Program-made: the position numbers and the translations under genes | Shown here: positions 13,304 through 27,307 of the stretch, piece by piece | Layout: every line of letters starts with the position of its first letter | Numbering within the stretch: the first letter of the stretch is position 1 | The notes under the pieces: model-generated | Database searches by the model: none | Seen by the model: the letters and a program-made list of their open reading frames with translations, nothing else | What the model was told of the DNA's origin: nothing | Origin: Seison nebaliae | Taxonomy: Eukaryota | Direction: 5' to 3' | DNA length: 47,536 nt | Assembly: GCA_023231475.1 (NCBI GenBank) | Contig: JALJEE010002363.1 | Span: 1-47,536 of the forward strand

Positions 13304-13852
13304 ATGGTAAGAAAGTTAAAATATCATGAACAGAAATTATTGAAGAAAGTCGATTTATTTCGTCAATCAGACGAAGCGATTAATGAGAAAGAATGTTTAT
13401 CGAAGTTCCGAATTCGAAAACGTCAAGATTTAATCGCATATCGACAACTTTCTCGACGAATTCGAGAGTTAGCGCACAAAATTCGAGATTTGGATGAGAA
13501 TGATCCATTCCGGACACAATGCACAAAAGTTCTCATTCAAAAATTATATGACATCGGATTAATTTCAACGAAACAATCACTGGAATTGGCGTCGAAAGTT
13601 AACGCTCTCAGTTTCTGTTTGAGACGACTTCCAACCGTAATGAAAAAGGTCAATTTAGTCGATTCAATTCAAACAGCTGACAATTTCGTACGTCAATCTC
13701 ATGTTCGTGTTGGAGTTGATGTAGTGACAGATCCCGCTTTCATTGTAACTCGTTCACAAGAAGATTTTATTACTTGGGCGACTCATTCGTCAGTTCGGAA
13801 ACATATTAAAGACTATCAGAATGAACGTGATGATTATGAATTGATGAATTAG
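13304..13852 (+). CDS. IMP3: U3 snoRNP protein IMP3 (S4-like domain), intronless
   Basis: MVRKLKYHEQKLLKKVD, SFCLRRLPTVM, HVRVGVDVVTDPAFIVTR, YQNERDDY; 182 aa. Confidence 0.96.
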   Translation: MVRKLKYHEQKLLKKVDLFRQSDEAINEKECLSKFRIRKRQDLIAYRQLSRRIRELAHKIRDLDENDPFRTQCTKVLIQKLYDIGLISTKQSLELASKVNALSFCLRRLPTVMKKVNLVDSIQTADNFVRQSHVRVGVDVVTDPAFIVTRSQEDFITWATHSSVRKHIKDYQNERDDYELMN

Positions 13853-14138
13853 TTTATTCTTATTGACTAACAATTTCATATTTTTTCTTTTTTTCCTTCT
13901 TTTCTTTATTGTTCATATGAATAATTGAATATTTCTTTATTAAAACAACCAAACTTCTTATTGAGTTAGCAAATTCAATCAACGAACAACATAGACAAAA
14001 AGTTTTAGTGAAGAAATCGTTCGTGAATTAGATGATTGATAGATAGGAAACATTTCTCTTTTGAATAAATTAGGAGGAGACATACAAAACCTTCAAATTG
14101 ATGAGTGACATTTAAAAAATTTTAAAATTCTTAAAAAC

Positions 14139-15440
14139 ATGAAACATTTGATAATTTGTTAGTTTTATTTTTCAAAAAGACAATTTCCAGAATTAAATTA
14201 AATAGTATTCCTAATAAATTTCATTGGTCTCCATTCGTTCCATCTATCGAAAGACGGAGAAGAAAATTATTGTGAGAATGGTGGACGATTGATAGATAAT
14301 AATTGTTTTTGTCCATTCGGTTTCATTGGAGAACGATGTGAAATATGTTACAACGAATGTCATAAGAGACCTTGTGATGGGAATTCGGTTTGTATCGCAA
14401 TAACCAAAAAACCGTTTTATCGATGTCAATGTGACAAGGGATTCACTGGAAGTAATTGTCAAGTGAAGATGATGAATGATGATATGATTGTTCAAATTGG
14501 ATCTCCAATAAACAATCTAAAACGTTCACCTTGTTCTCAGACGATAGGAACGTGTGGAAATGGTGGAATTTGTCATGATATCGATGAAGATAATTTCTGG
14601 TGTGAATGTCGTTCAGGATTCACTGGAATCGATTGTCAGATTAATATCGATAATTGTGCGTTCATCAATTGTGGAGTAGATAGTAATTGTATCGATTTGA
14701 TTGACGGATACATTTGTCAACGAGGTAATTATGAGAATCATAATATTCGTCTTCATTTGGAAAATGAAGTTGGTTTGTCCATTTTTCTTTTATTCCTATA
14801 TTCTTTTATTTATAATTGGAAAACAGAAATTGTGGAAAGTAATTGTAATGAGATGGATATGAATGAGATTGAAGATTCACTCATGTTCCCCATCATTTTC
14901 AATCCACAATTTTATTATTTATGTTTATCAAATGGTAACACAATAGTGAGAAGTTGTCATACCGGTCTCATATGGAATGAGAAGGAAAAGACTTGTGTCT
15001 CAAATCGACAAGAAGAGACTTGTAAGAATTGTTTCGATAAGAATTGTAAGGATAACTGTCAATGTCTACCAGGATTCACCGGTATTGGATGTGAGGAAGA
15101 TGTGGACGAATGTCTCCAATCGCCATGTCTCAACAATTCCACTTGTATCAACTATCTGGGAGGATACAAATGCAAATGTCAAAATAAAATCTTCGATTCA
15201 ACTTGTTGTTGTATTGGAGTTGAAAATCCGGTAGTATTTTTATTCCCTTTTAATTCTATCATAATTATACAAATCTATTGATAGTGTACGAAGGAGAATT
15301 TTGAAAGAGGAACTTTTTATTTTCCTCATTTCGATCCAAGGAAATATTTGACCTGTCAAATGGGTGGTTATGCGACTGTTATGGAATGTCCAAACGATCA
15401 ATATTTCAATAAATTATCATCAACATGTGAATCGACTTGA
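14139..15440 (+). CDS. secreted protein with EGF-like repeats and two chitin-binding type-2 (peritrophin-A-like) modules; introns 14158-14205, 14773-14826, 15231-15284
   Basis: Spliced N-terminus [17 protein letters not shown] resembles a signal peptide. EGF motifs CxCxxGFTGxxC and Ca-binding DVDEC are present, plus CBM14-like FYYLCLSNG...CHTGLIWN...C and KYLTCQMGG...CPNDQYFN...C. Confidence 0.8.
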
Positions 15441-15933
15441 ATCTTAATGTTGAATTTGATATAAAATTTAAAATAAATTTTATTGATAAAACTAAATGAT
15501 TAATTCATGATCGAAGTAAAGGTCATTTGATGGCGAATATCATTTTTCTATTTATTCGAATGTTGATGGAACTCTTGTTTATTGTCGTTGTGTTTTGGAA
15601 GAGGAGAAGGCATGATTCAAGAAAGATAATCATAATGTCAATAGTTATACAAAGAATTGTCGTAGAAACGTTAAGGAGAGGAAAATAGGAAAATTTAAAA
15701 AGAAATTTCATTTAGCAATATTATTTTCTAATTTTTAATTCACTTTTTTCATCAATTTCCAAAAGTACAATTCTCACTAGAATTCCAATGGCTTAATCAA
15801 TGACGGTTGCGCTCCTTCCGCCAACATGATGAGAAACTCGACATATGTACTTCAAATGATCATCATTTCAACGAATTTCATTTCAATTCATCATTTACCA
15901 TTTACTTTATGCAAATTCAAAATCTCAAATTTC

Positions 15934-17835
15934 ATGTTTTTTATTAGTTTGCCATTTTCACTTCATCAGTCATCATTTCCTTTCCGATAATCTCTTTCAT
16001 AGTTTTCTCCTCATTTCTCTTACCAATTTCCATTTTTGGTGATAATTTGACAACAACTGAAATTCCCTCAACTACCTACGCCATTCCCATCACGTATATT
16101 CCTCCGCCAAATTCGAAAATTTGTTTCGATGAAATCGTCGGCTGTTTTACCAATCGACCGCCTTATGACAATGTCCGTAATTTGCCTATACCTCCCTCAA
16201 AACTCAATTTCAATGCCACTTTGACAAGAACACATTCAAATCGTGAAGATGTGATTACTTATCCCGATTTCGATGATACAATCAAAAAGATTCCGTTCGA
16301 TGAGACGATTCCATTAAAAATTATCGTTCATGGATTTAGTAGTACATCGGTGGCGGAATGGGTTACAATGATGGAAAATCAATTTCATAAAAATGTTAAT
16401 TTCATTCAAACAAATTTTCTATTCCTCAATTCCTCATCAGGCACAATCAGGTAAATATTATATACTGAAAGTGGATTGGACGTTCGGTGCGATGGCACCT
16501 GATTATATGGCAGCTGTTGCTAATTCCAGATTAGTCGGGAAGATTTTAGGATTGGTCTTTCGATCCCTCCAACGACATCATTATTTAATTAGTACGAATA
16601 TTCATTGTATTGGACATAGTTTAGGAGCTCATGTTTGCGGTTATGCTTCTTATGAAATTCATAGAAAGGTCGGACGTATCACAGGATTAGATCCGGCTGG
16701 TCCGAATTTCCAAGGTGAGCCGCCGCTCATTCGATTAGATCCAGATGATGCATACTATGTCGACGTTATTCATTCGAATGCTGGGCGTTTAGTATCGTTA
16801 GGGACGTTAGGTTATGACGGAGATTTGGGTGACAGTGACTTCTATCCAAACGGTGGTCATCATCAACCCAATTGTGACGATGCATCGTTAACAATGTTCT
16901 TTTCCATTTTTAAAAATGGTTTTCCTTTTTTAATGTCTCAAAAGTAAACGGTTTTATTAGATACGGAAATTGATGAATTATCCATCGGATGTTCTCATGC
17001 ACTCTCTCATGATTATTTTATAGAATCAATAAATGGCTGTCAATTAACTGCATTTCCTTGTGATTCTTGGGTTCATCCATTTTTCTCTCATTCACTTTTT
17101 TCTCCAATTCAAATTAGGAATCTTATTTAAATGGAAGATGTAGCGATTGTAATAAAGCACCTTGTGGTGTGATGGGTTACTATTCGGATCAGACAAGTAC
17201 TCGCGGTTCTCATTATCTGCAAACTAATATCGATTACACGATTTGTGGTTTTTCTCTTTTTATCAATTATATTCAAGTTTATTCTTCATCGTATTAACAG
17301 GAAAAGAATATTTAGCAACCGTTCATCTCGATAAGTCGACGGAAAGCGATCTGAATGGACATATTCTTATGAGTCTGGCGAATATGGAAAGAAAACATAT
17401 GAAAGCTGCATCTCGAAATTCAACGGATAAATTGTTTAATTTTTCACTTTTCATTATTTTAATTTAATTTGAAAAAATCTGAAAAATTAATTAACAATGG
17501 AACGTCTAGATTTTATTCATTTATTCCTGGTGATAATATTCATACAATGCTCATTGTCGATAACGATCATCAACCTACAATTTTCGTTGATATCGAACTA
17601 TTTATTAAACAAGGTTTCATGTGTAATGTCTTCGGTTTGTTGTGCACCAGTGGAGAAATTAACATTGACTATGTGGAAATTAAATCAATCGAGGATGAGA
17701 ATAAAAAGTTAATTCTTCTTCAATTCGTCATAATTCTTTATCGAAATTTTTAGATACTACTTCTGTGAAGAACGAACATTATATGTTGGAAATAAGACAA
17801 CTATTGAATTGAACCACAATAACTGCCACCTTTAA
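15934..17835 (+). CDS. pancreatic triacylglycerol lipase family protein; 8 exons (introns 15947-16002, 16395-16440, 16919-16960, 17071-17117, 17248-17300, 17434-17509, 17708-17753)
   Basis: IIVHGF, GHSLGAH nucleophile elbow, RITGLDPAGP, DFYPNGGHHQPNC, CSH; signal-peptide-like N-terminus and PLAT-like C-terminal region. Confidence 0.9.
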
Positions 17836-17979
17836 CATCATATATTTATTTACATTAAATTTAAAAAATTTATTTAATCAATCATTTCTTCACGAACTTC
17901 TCGTCTTATGAGGTTGAGAACATATGAATGGGGTGAAAGTAACTCGGGGAGAAAGTAACAGCATCCAGATAAATATATG

Positions 17980-18074
17980 AACTATATAAAGTGACAGACA
18001 TATTATGTCTTAAGTTTAAAAGCCACTGAAAACTAACAAGGGAACGGTACGCGTGCACATCCGCCGTTTGACTC
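17980..18074 (+). repeat. partial copy of the left end and flank of the fold-back element at 44851-45325
   Basis: caagggaacggtacgcgtgcacatccgccgtttgactc versus caagggaatggtacgcgttcgcatccgccgtttgactc; both are preceded by atgtcttaag. Confidence 0.8.
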
Positions 18075-20463
18075 TAGTTCTATTTTTCAAGTTCAATTTC
18101 AGTATGTTTTGAGGTTGAGAACTGTCCTCTACAAAAATGTTATATAGAATTCCGATCTGTTGCCAAATCGTTCGTTTTTATCATGCATTATCGTTCTCGA
18201 AAATAATATGGGACTTTTTTTTAACCAAAAGAATATTTAGTGTTAAAATGAAGGACACCGTCAACAATTAAAGTGAAGAGTGCTGAAATATATATATGCT
18301 CGTAACAAATAACTTTAACAATAATTTAGAAAATATTTAAAGTATATGGATCTTTTTATCTGTTAACAGATTTCCTTGAGAAAGTCACCATTTTCCCGCC
18401 ATCAATTGAACACACAGGAAGTTTTATTAAACGACATTGTGACAGTTGCGAAAAAAGTTAAACTTGAAAAAGGATTTCGGTGAAAATGTTTCATGCTTTC
18501 ATTCAGAGAAAATATCTTCAATGTTTGTCATAAAGAAGAATATAGTGTGGTTGCTTTAATGATCTGTTGAAGTAGACTGAAATTCATTTAGTATACTTCC
18601 AATTTCATTCGTTCAATTAACCATCACTCCATGGGAATGAATGACCAATATTACTTTTTAATGAATTATTTAAAGAATGAATTGAATGATAAATTAATGG
18701 ATAGAATTATTTATATTAAATCGATTTGTATGTAGAATAGTTGGAAAAGGAGGCGAGTTAAATAAAATAAGAAATAATAAATTGATTAACAACATCTGTC
18801 GTCGTCTGCATCGACTACAAGAGAATTAAGTGTGCAGTTCGTGGCAGATAGACGAATGATATACATTTCTAATAAGATCAGAAGCGAAGCTGCTACGTAG
18901 TAGAAGCATGTGTGGAAAGCATTGGTGGTGTAGTAGAGGAATAGATATATTTTGTAGGAATTCTTTCATTATCATTATTTCTTACAATAGAGAAAAGTGC
19001 AAGAATATGAAAAGTTTACGTCGCTAGAGAGGGCGATAGTAGTTAGAATAAACAAATAAATTTCTTTCATTCACGTCTCCCAAATATGGGGAGGAGAGAT
19101 GAAGAAAGACAAGAAAAGGTATGAGACCAATATATTCTTGTTAATGTGAAATAATTTCTGTGTAGCACCATGATTTCATCCTTTATTTTCTCAATAATTA
19201 TTCTTCATCATCATTCATTTGCATTTCTACTCAAATTATTTTGACATTTATTAATCACTGAATTTTTTGAAATAATGTCTCCCACCTTTTAACCCTACAA
19301 ATAAATGATAAACGAATTCTAAATTCAACTGAATGCACATTTCTAACAACAACTATCGTCGTATATCTCGTGTTTCTCTTACTATAATTGTTGGAAAAAT
19401 GGTTTGTGCAATTGATATAATATGAAAAATGATATTTTGAAAATGGTTCAAAATACATTTCTGTAACATCGCAACGCCAGGAAAAAGAAGATGATGGAAA
19501 TCATTTATAAAAGCAACATATGCATAATTGTTCATTGTAACAATAGTAATAAGCTAATAATGATCAGAATTGTAATTATTTTTATGTGAGAATTTATTTG
19601 ATGATGACATATTCATATGTTTCAGGAGGATTCCTTTGTTCGTTTTCCTTTTACATTTTTTTGCGAAAAGACGTGGCCACTTCATACTAACCCATAATTC
19701 GTTCTCATATTTAGTATCAAAATTTATAAAGAAGGTTTTGGAGATGAGAATCATCAAATTTTTTATGCTTGACATTTATTTCAAATCTCCATATTCTATG
19801 AAAAGCAAAATCATTAGTTTCCTTAATAATTGACCAGTTGTGGTAGATAATCGCCATTTGATTTAGTATTTGCAAACATTCTACAATTTGATGGGAGTCG
19901 GTCGATGGGATCGATTTTCACTCATTTTTCAAATTAGATTGAAATTTTTCTTTCTTCCCCCAAATCTCGAAATGTTTTTCATTCATCGACCGATAGTAAT
20001 GGGAGTCAAAACGATTATTTCTCTTCTTTGCTAATTTAGATGATTATTCATTCCTCTCACTATCTTCTTTCGACATTTTATGACTATTTATTTGAGAATT
20101 GTAAATCGGATGAGAAATATTTGAGTAATTTTAAATTGTCTTAGACAATTTGCCTAAAGATTTTTTATTTTGAATTCTATCGCAAAACTCTCCTCTCTTC
20201 TTTTCTTCTTCAATATTGTAACCTAACGAAAAATTCGACATAATTCTCAACCTATTCTTACCTATTCTCAGCAATAAATATAGAAAGAAGATGATGGAAA
20301 TGAAAATTGTTTAAAAATTTCCATATTCTATTCTCATTTTATTTATTTGAAACTTCCAAATTCAGAACAATTTAAACTGTAATAATTGTGAAAATTTTGT
20401 GAATAATAAAGAATAATATTAATAATAATCATTTACTTTTCCGCGCAAAACAATCAATATAAA

Positions 20464-21254
20464 ATGGCGCCAAATCTATCTTCGAGTAAATTCAAACAAA
20501 ATCAATCAACCCACTCACTATTAACCACGAACGATAATACGTTTAAATTTTTTTTCATTAAAATTTCTTTCCAATTCTTTCTCTAGTCACATTCTTCCCA
20601 ATATTCGTAAAGTGAAATTAGAAATATTGGACGAAACGTATTATCTCTTATTTTTGGAAAATGATGTTTAGGAAATTCTTTCAAAAATTTCTTTAAATCT
20701 TTTTTTGGCAGTTCGTCTTTGTGAATACAACAGATTTGGATCTACTATTCCTACGATATAAGGTTAGTGGAAAAACTTTTTAATTCGTCTTAAATATTTT
20801 CAAGATTTCTTCCAATTCGAATGAGAACGAACATTTGGAACGATTACCATCAACGACATTGTTCGATCGTGAGCGTTCCATACAAGAATTGATATGGATG
20901 AAACATCACGACAAAATTGATTCGGATGTAACTGTTGTCAATAAGAATGGTATTCGGCAAGATTGTCGTCTAACCAATTTGGAAGTTATAAAGAAAAGAT
21001 ATGTCAGTTTATTCCTCTCATCAATTCGACCATCCGTTGAAATTTTAGAGAATCTTCATAAAAACGGTACACTCGAACGAGCACTTTACATTCTCCATTA
21101 TATTAATCTTAATGAAAATTTTTTGAAATTCTCTAACAATTATCCTTATCCTCCCAATTGCAACTTCCACTTATGTTCCAACAAGACCGACAATACTTCA
21201 ATTTATTGCTCCTCACAATGCCTTCAATTGGCTATTGCCATCCTTAATATATGA
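20464..21254 (+). CDS. hypothetical protein (~218 aa) with C-terminal C-x4-C-x10-C-x3-C motif; introns 20541-20586, 20666-20711, 20763-20804
   Basis: Three short GTT..AG introns join ATG 20464 in frame to ORF 20835-21254; the C-terminus reads CNFHLC...IYCSSQC. Confidence 0.65.
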
Positions 21255-21453
21255 TGGGCAAACGATCTTCTTCTGTTCTAGTCACATTACTGTCAATTAT
21301 TGGACAACCACAAAAAATTTAAATTCATTTATAATTAAATTTTATCATATAATTTGAAATAAAAGAAATAAAATTTACTGTTTCTTAACAATCCTTATCA
21401 TAAATCATATTATTCACCTTCATATATTTTAACAATAGTGTAACAATAGGCCG

Positions 21454-21653
21454 TGCGTGCATAACGCAGTGGTTCCTGCGCACTTTCCACGCATTTATGT
21501 GAAACAATGTACTCTGCATTCGTTACGAAAATTATATTGGGTGCATAGCGCAGTGTTCTATGCACGTTCCCAACATCACAACGATTGAGACGTCAATAAA
21601 TGATCATGAAAGGTAGCGATCTCCTAACACTGATCGTAAGGAAGGAGATCGCT
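21454..21653. other. GC-rich cluster of three hairpins; candidate structured RNA
   Basis: Stems tgcgtg/cacgca plus cgcag/ctgcg; gtgcatag/ctatgcac; perfect 11-bp agcgatctcct/aggagatcgct. Confidence 0.45.
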
Positions 21654-22029
21654 CAAACAATATTCAATGCAAAGATTGGGATTTCAAAAAAAAAAAAATT
21701 ATTCTCTCAAATGAATTGAATATAAGTTAGGCAAAAGAAAAAAAAATATTTACATTTCGAAGAATTTTTCATTTATGAAGTGATAAAATTAATTGGAGAT
21801 AAATTAATGAGAGATGAAAGAATGATGAATGAACGAGAATGACTAGACAGACACAAATGTTTTTGAAATTTCCCAGTTCATTCGAAGGAAAATTTTAACA
21901 ACAATCGAAAGAAAGAAATCTAAAAAAAACAAATATCGATTTTAGAAGGAATTGGAGGAAGACGAATCGTCAAAGATGATATTGCCATTCCAATCGATGT
22001 GTAAGATTTGTACGGAAAATTTCCATATT

Positions 22030-23836
<1,807 letters not shown>

Positions 23837-24363
23837 TTTTCTTAATGAAGAAGAAGAAGAGATTTGTCTCGAAAATTTATAAATAAAATAAAATAAAGTT
23901 CAATTATTTTCTTCTCAAATAAACAAAGAATTTCTTCTTTCTTTCTATAAAGAATGAGTGAGGCACATAGAGATTATGTCAATTCGCTTTTCCTCTCATT
24001 CTCTGATGAATGAAGAAATAATTGTCACTTGATAATGCAGAAGAATATTAATATAATAATGATCAATTATTTCTTTCATTCAATTGAATTCTTCCTCGAC
24101 AAACAGAGATTTCCTATTAGAACTTTTTTTTTCAAAAAATTTATAGTCTCATCCGTTTTCAAATGAATAGCCGTCCAATTTGATAATACCATTTTCTCAT
24201 GTCAAATATAAACTATTCTTCTGGACTTTTTTGAGATTTCTTTGGAAATTTGTAATTGCTTGAAAAATTCTCCTAAAATTCTATCATTTTCCAAAGGAAG
24301 ATTTTTAGAGGAACATCAAAATTTTTCAAGGGGACAATTCGTCAGTGGAATTGTTTGAAGAAA

Positions 24364-25536
24364 ATGGAAGAGGAAGAGCAAAGAATTCGCGCGATAAACG
24401 ATGTGAAGAATCAGATGTCTGAAGTGATGTATCCAGAAGCGATCATCGAACATATGTCGTCGTTGAGTTCGATAGATTTCCATTATTGTGGATTTAAACC
24501 GTTTGATCTGGTCGTTTGTATGACGGACTGGAATCGAGGTATTGGAGCGAATAATAATGTTCCGTGGCAAATCGATAAGGATCTGAAATTCTTTCGTGAC
24601 ATAACAATGAAGACGGAGGATAATAAGAAATATGTAAATTGTGTGATTATGGGTCGGAAGACATGGGAGAGTATTCCCTTCAAATATCGTCCATTACCTA
24701 ATCGGATCAATGTGATTATTTCGAAGAATTTTCAAGATCTCACAAAAGATTTTGAATATAATGAGAAGAATTTGAATAATTCAACTTATATCATTGTTCA
24801 ATCATCGATCGATGGAGCTTATTCTGATCTCGAACATTTCTTCATGGGAAAATTAAATAAGAGTAAACTAAATTGTTATATAAAGCGACATGCGTGTTCG
24901 GGAAGTGTTTATCGACAAATGATCTCATCCAATCTCCATCAGTTTATGGGTCCAAATCCTCATCAGACTGATACGTTGAAGAAATTACAAAATATTTTCG
25001 TGATTGGTGGAGCTCAATTGTACGAGAATGCATTGGCACATTACTTCTGTCGTTACGTTTATTGTACGAGAATTCATGAACCACGATCCATCGAATGTGA
25101 CACTTTATTCTCCAGTTTCAGGAAAACAGAATTAGACGAATTGACTGATGACACATTCCTATCTCAGAATGAGAATGAGTCGAAGGAAGAAAAGAAGAAA
25201 ATTAGCGACAAATCAGAGAAACGGATAAGTGAAGATGAATCGATGAAAGATGAAAGTAATGGAAAATTGGGAAAAGAAACGGAAGGAAAAGGCGACGGAA
25301 GCGAACCCATGGAAATTGTGGAAGTGGAGAATGAGAAACTGGACGATAATATTGAAGGGAAATTGACGAAGGATAATATGAATGAGAAGAAGTTGAAAAA
25401 AATCAGCAAATTGATCGACGAACATAATTACGGAAAGTTTAAGGAGATGGTGGAAGCTGGAATGCATTTCGAGAATGAATATGTTTATTCTTTCCATATG
25501 TATAAGAAGAAGTCATTTCTCCAATATCTAAATTGA
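24364..25536 (+). CDS. DHFR: dihydrofolate reductase with N-terminal extension and two large insertions (~390 aa; start uncertain)
   Basis: [62 protein letters not shown]. Confidence 0.88.
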   Translation: MEEEEQRIRAINDVKNQMSEVMYPEAIIEHMSSLSSIDFHYCGFKPFDLVVCMTDWNRGIGANNNVPWQIDKDLKFFRDITMKTEDNKKYVNCVIMGRKTWESIPFKYRPLPNRINVIISKNFQDLTKDFEYNEKNLNNSTYIIVQSSIDGAYSDLEHFFMGKLNKSKLNCYIKRHACSGSVYRQMISSNLHQFMGPNPHQTDTLKKLQNIFVIGGAQLYENALAHYFCRYVYCTRIHEPRSIECDTLFSSFRKTELDELTDDTFLSQNENESKEEKKKISDKSEKRISEDESMKDESNGKLGKETEGKGDGSEPMEIVEVENEKLDDNIEGKLTKDNMNEKKLKKISKLIDEHNYGKFKEMVEAGMHFENEYVYSFHMYKKKSFLQYLN

Positions 25537-26026
25537 AATTATGAGAAATACAAATTTTAAGCATAATTAAAATTGATAATTAATCATTGTCATTATTGAA
25601 TGTCATTCCTATATCTCCCAATTCAAAAAAATTTTAATTTTAAATTGCAAATTTTCAACTGTTTTTTCTTCTCTTGTTCTCTCTCTCTCTCTCTCCCACT
25701 CAGTTTATGAAATTTGATGACGTTAAATAAGAATTTTCTTCTTTTCATTTCTTTATGTGTGTATGTGTGTGTACGTGTGTGGAGATGAAAAGTTTTTGTT
25801 TGTGAATAAAATTTGCAGTTTTGTCTTTCTCGTTTTCTAAGGAGTGTAAGAGGGAAATATGGTGAGTTGTTGAAATTTAATTGGTGGAAATTGAGAGAAT
25901 AATTTTGGGATAATTGTTATATTCTTTCCAATTTTTTTCCAAATAATATTTCTTATATATAATTCGATGGGCAGTTGGAGATAAAAACAAAAATTTTATT
26001 TTCTTTCTTGTGGGTAAACTTTCAGA

Positions 26027-27010
26027 ATGCCGTATCGCTTCTCTGTGAAGAGGAAAGCCGATTCATCCAATTGTCCACAACCTGCTCTCTGTGTCCATTC
26101 CAAACGATCTTGTAATGATTTTAACGGATTACAAGGACCGTCAACCATTCCCTCCGATGAAACGACGACAACTACGATAATTGATGAGAATGAAGAAATG
26201 TCCATTTTCCGTCGTCCATCAAATAATGGCAATGTGAGAAATGACAATTCGTCTTTAAGAGACATTGAATCACAATTTAACAACAACAACATCAACGAAG
26301 GAATGACAACGACGGAAGATGTTGCTATCGTTGGAGAGAATGAAACGAAGAAAGAGGAAGTTAATTTGGTAGAGAAAGATGATGATTGGGATGATGTTGT
26401 ATGGAAAGTGGCTGATAAGAAATCGGAGAATGATGATGGTCAAAATTTTCATTTAGTGGATTCGGTGAAACAATTGAATGAAGTTGATAATCAATTACCA
26501 GTCTTCCGAATTATTCATGATGATAATGGAGTCTTCCTCAAACAAATCGGAAATCAGCCACAAGAAAGACGAATGGAAAATTTCGAGGATGATGACGTCA
26601 CTGGTTATCGGACACGTCAGAATGACATTTATGGACTTGAACATCGATCACCAGCCGATGAACAATATGAGAATGATTATAATTATGATATTTATGAAAT
26701 GAATGAAAATGGAACGAATCATATTGAATTTCGAACGAATTCTGGTGAGATTCTTTATCCACTCACTCTTTACAATGATCGCGATTTAAGTGATGATTCA
26801 CCATCGCATGATATCGATCGATTGACACAACGAATTGTTGATCTCAATCATCCGTTTGGTGGAGAAGAAGAAGAGGAAAATAATGAAGATGACGAGAACT
26901 TCTATGCAAACGAATATCCTTCGGACGATGAGGAGGATGTCGGTCTCCAATTATTAGATGATGAGTTTGATAATCATGAACAATTTTGTTCGGATGACGA
27001 TTTCGATTAA
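26027..27010 (+). CDS. SLC7A6OS: probable RNA polymerase II nuclear localisation protein SLC7A6OS/Iwr1
   Basis: N-terminal basic VKRK motif and acidic C-terminus with DDENFYANEYPSDDE, resembling the Iwr1 N-[DE]-YP motif. Confidence 0.65.
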   Translation: MPYRFSVKRKADSSNCPQPALCVHSKRSCNDFNGLQGPSTIPSDETTTTTIIDENEEMSIFRRPSNNGNVRNDNSSLRDIESQFNNNNINEGMTTTEDVAIVGENETKKEEVNLVEKDDDWDDVVWKVADKKSENDDGQNFHLVDSVKQLNEVDNQLPVFRIIHDDNGVFLKQIGNQPQERRMENFEDDDVTGYRTRQNDIYGLEHRSPADEQYENDYNYDIYEMNENGTNHIEFRTNSGEILYPLTLYNDRDLSDDSPSHDIDRLTQRIVDLNHPFGGEEEEENNEDDENFYANEYPSDDEEDVGLQLLDDEFDNHEQFCSDDDFD

Positions 27011-27307
27011 CTCCCAAACACACACACACACACACACAAATGATGAATTTTGAGAAATGAAAAGATTTCTTTTTAAAAAAAATTCGATATCTTTCGACTC
27101 TCACTATATCTCTTTCAACAATTCATTTCACGTTCGACTATCGAATTCTCTTAATTTCCATTTTAATTTTATTCGAATGAGTTTGATATTTGTCTCATAT
27201 TTTGTATTAATTTAAAATTTGAATGTTAAAAGTTTGAAACGAAAATTTTCCGTTTTCATTTCCTAGAGATCATTTTCCATATAAGTTGACGTATGAATCG
27301 ATGAGGA

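Noticed and set aside
18380..18570. Possible decayed transposase HTH fragment
   Set aside because: Too short and interrupted; no diagnostic motif.
19255..19833. Short ORFs in the AT-rich spacer
   Set aside because: No recognisable motifs and no consistent spliced model.
21541..21565. Iron-responsive element (CAGTGN in hairpin loop)
   Set aside because: Lacks the canonical 5-bp upper stem followed by a bulged C, and no iron-metabolism gene is adjacent.
21596..21615. U3 box A-like (minus strand) or U1 loop I-like (plus strand) motif
   Set aside because: Only a short resemblance; no C/D boxes, U1A loop or Sm site in the expected positions.
24364..25536. Horizontal origin of DHFR (Asp at the catalytic acid, no introns)
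   Set aside because: Asp also occurs in some animal DHFRs, neighbouring native genes are also intronless, and composition matches the host.
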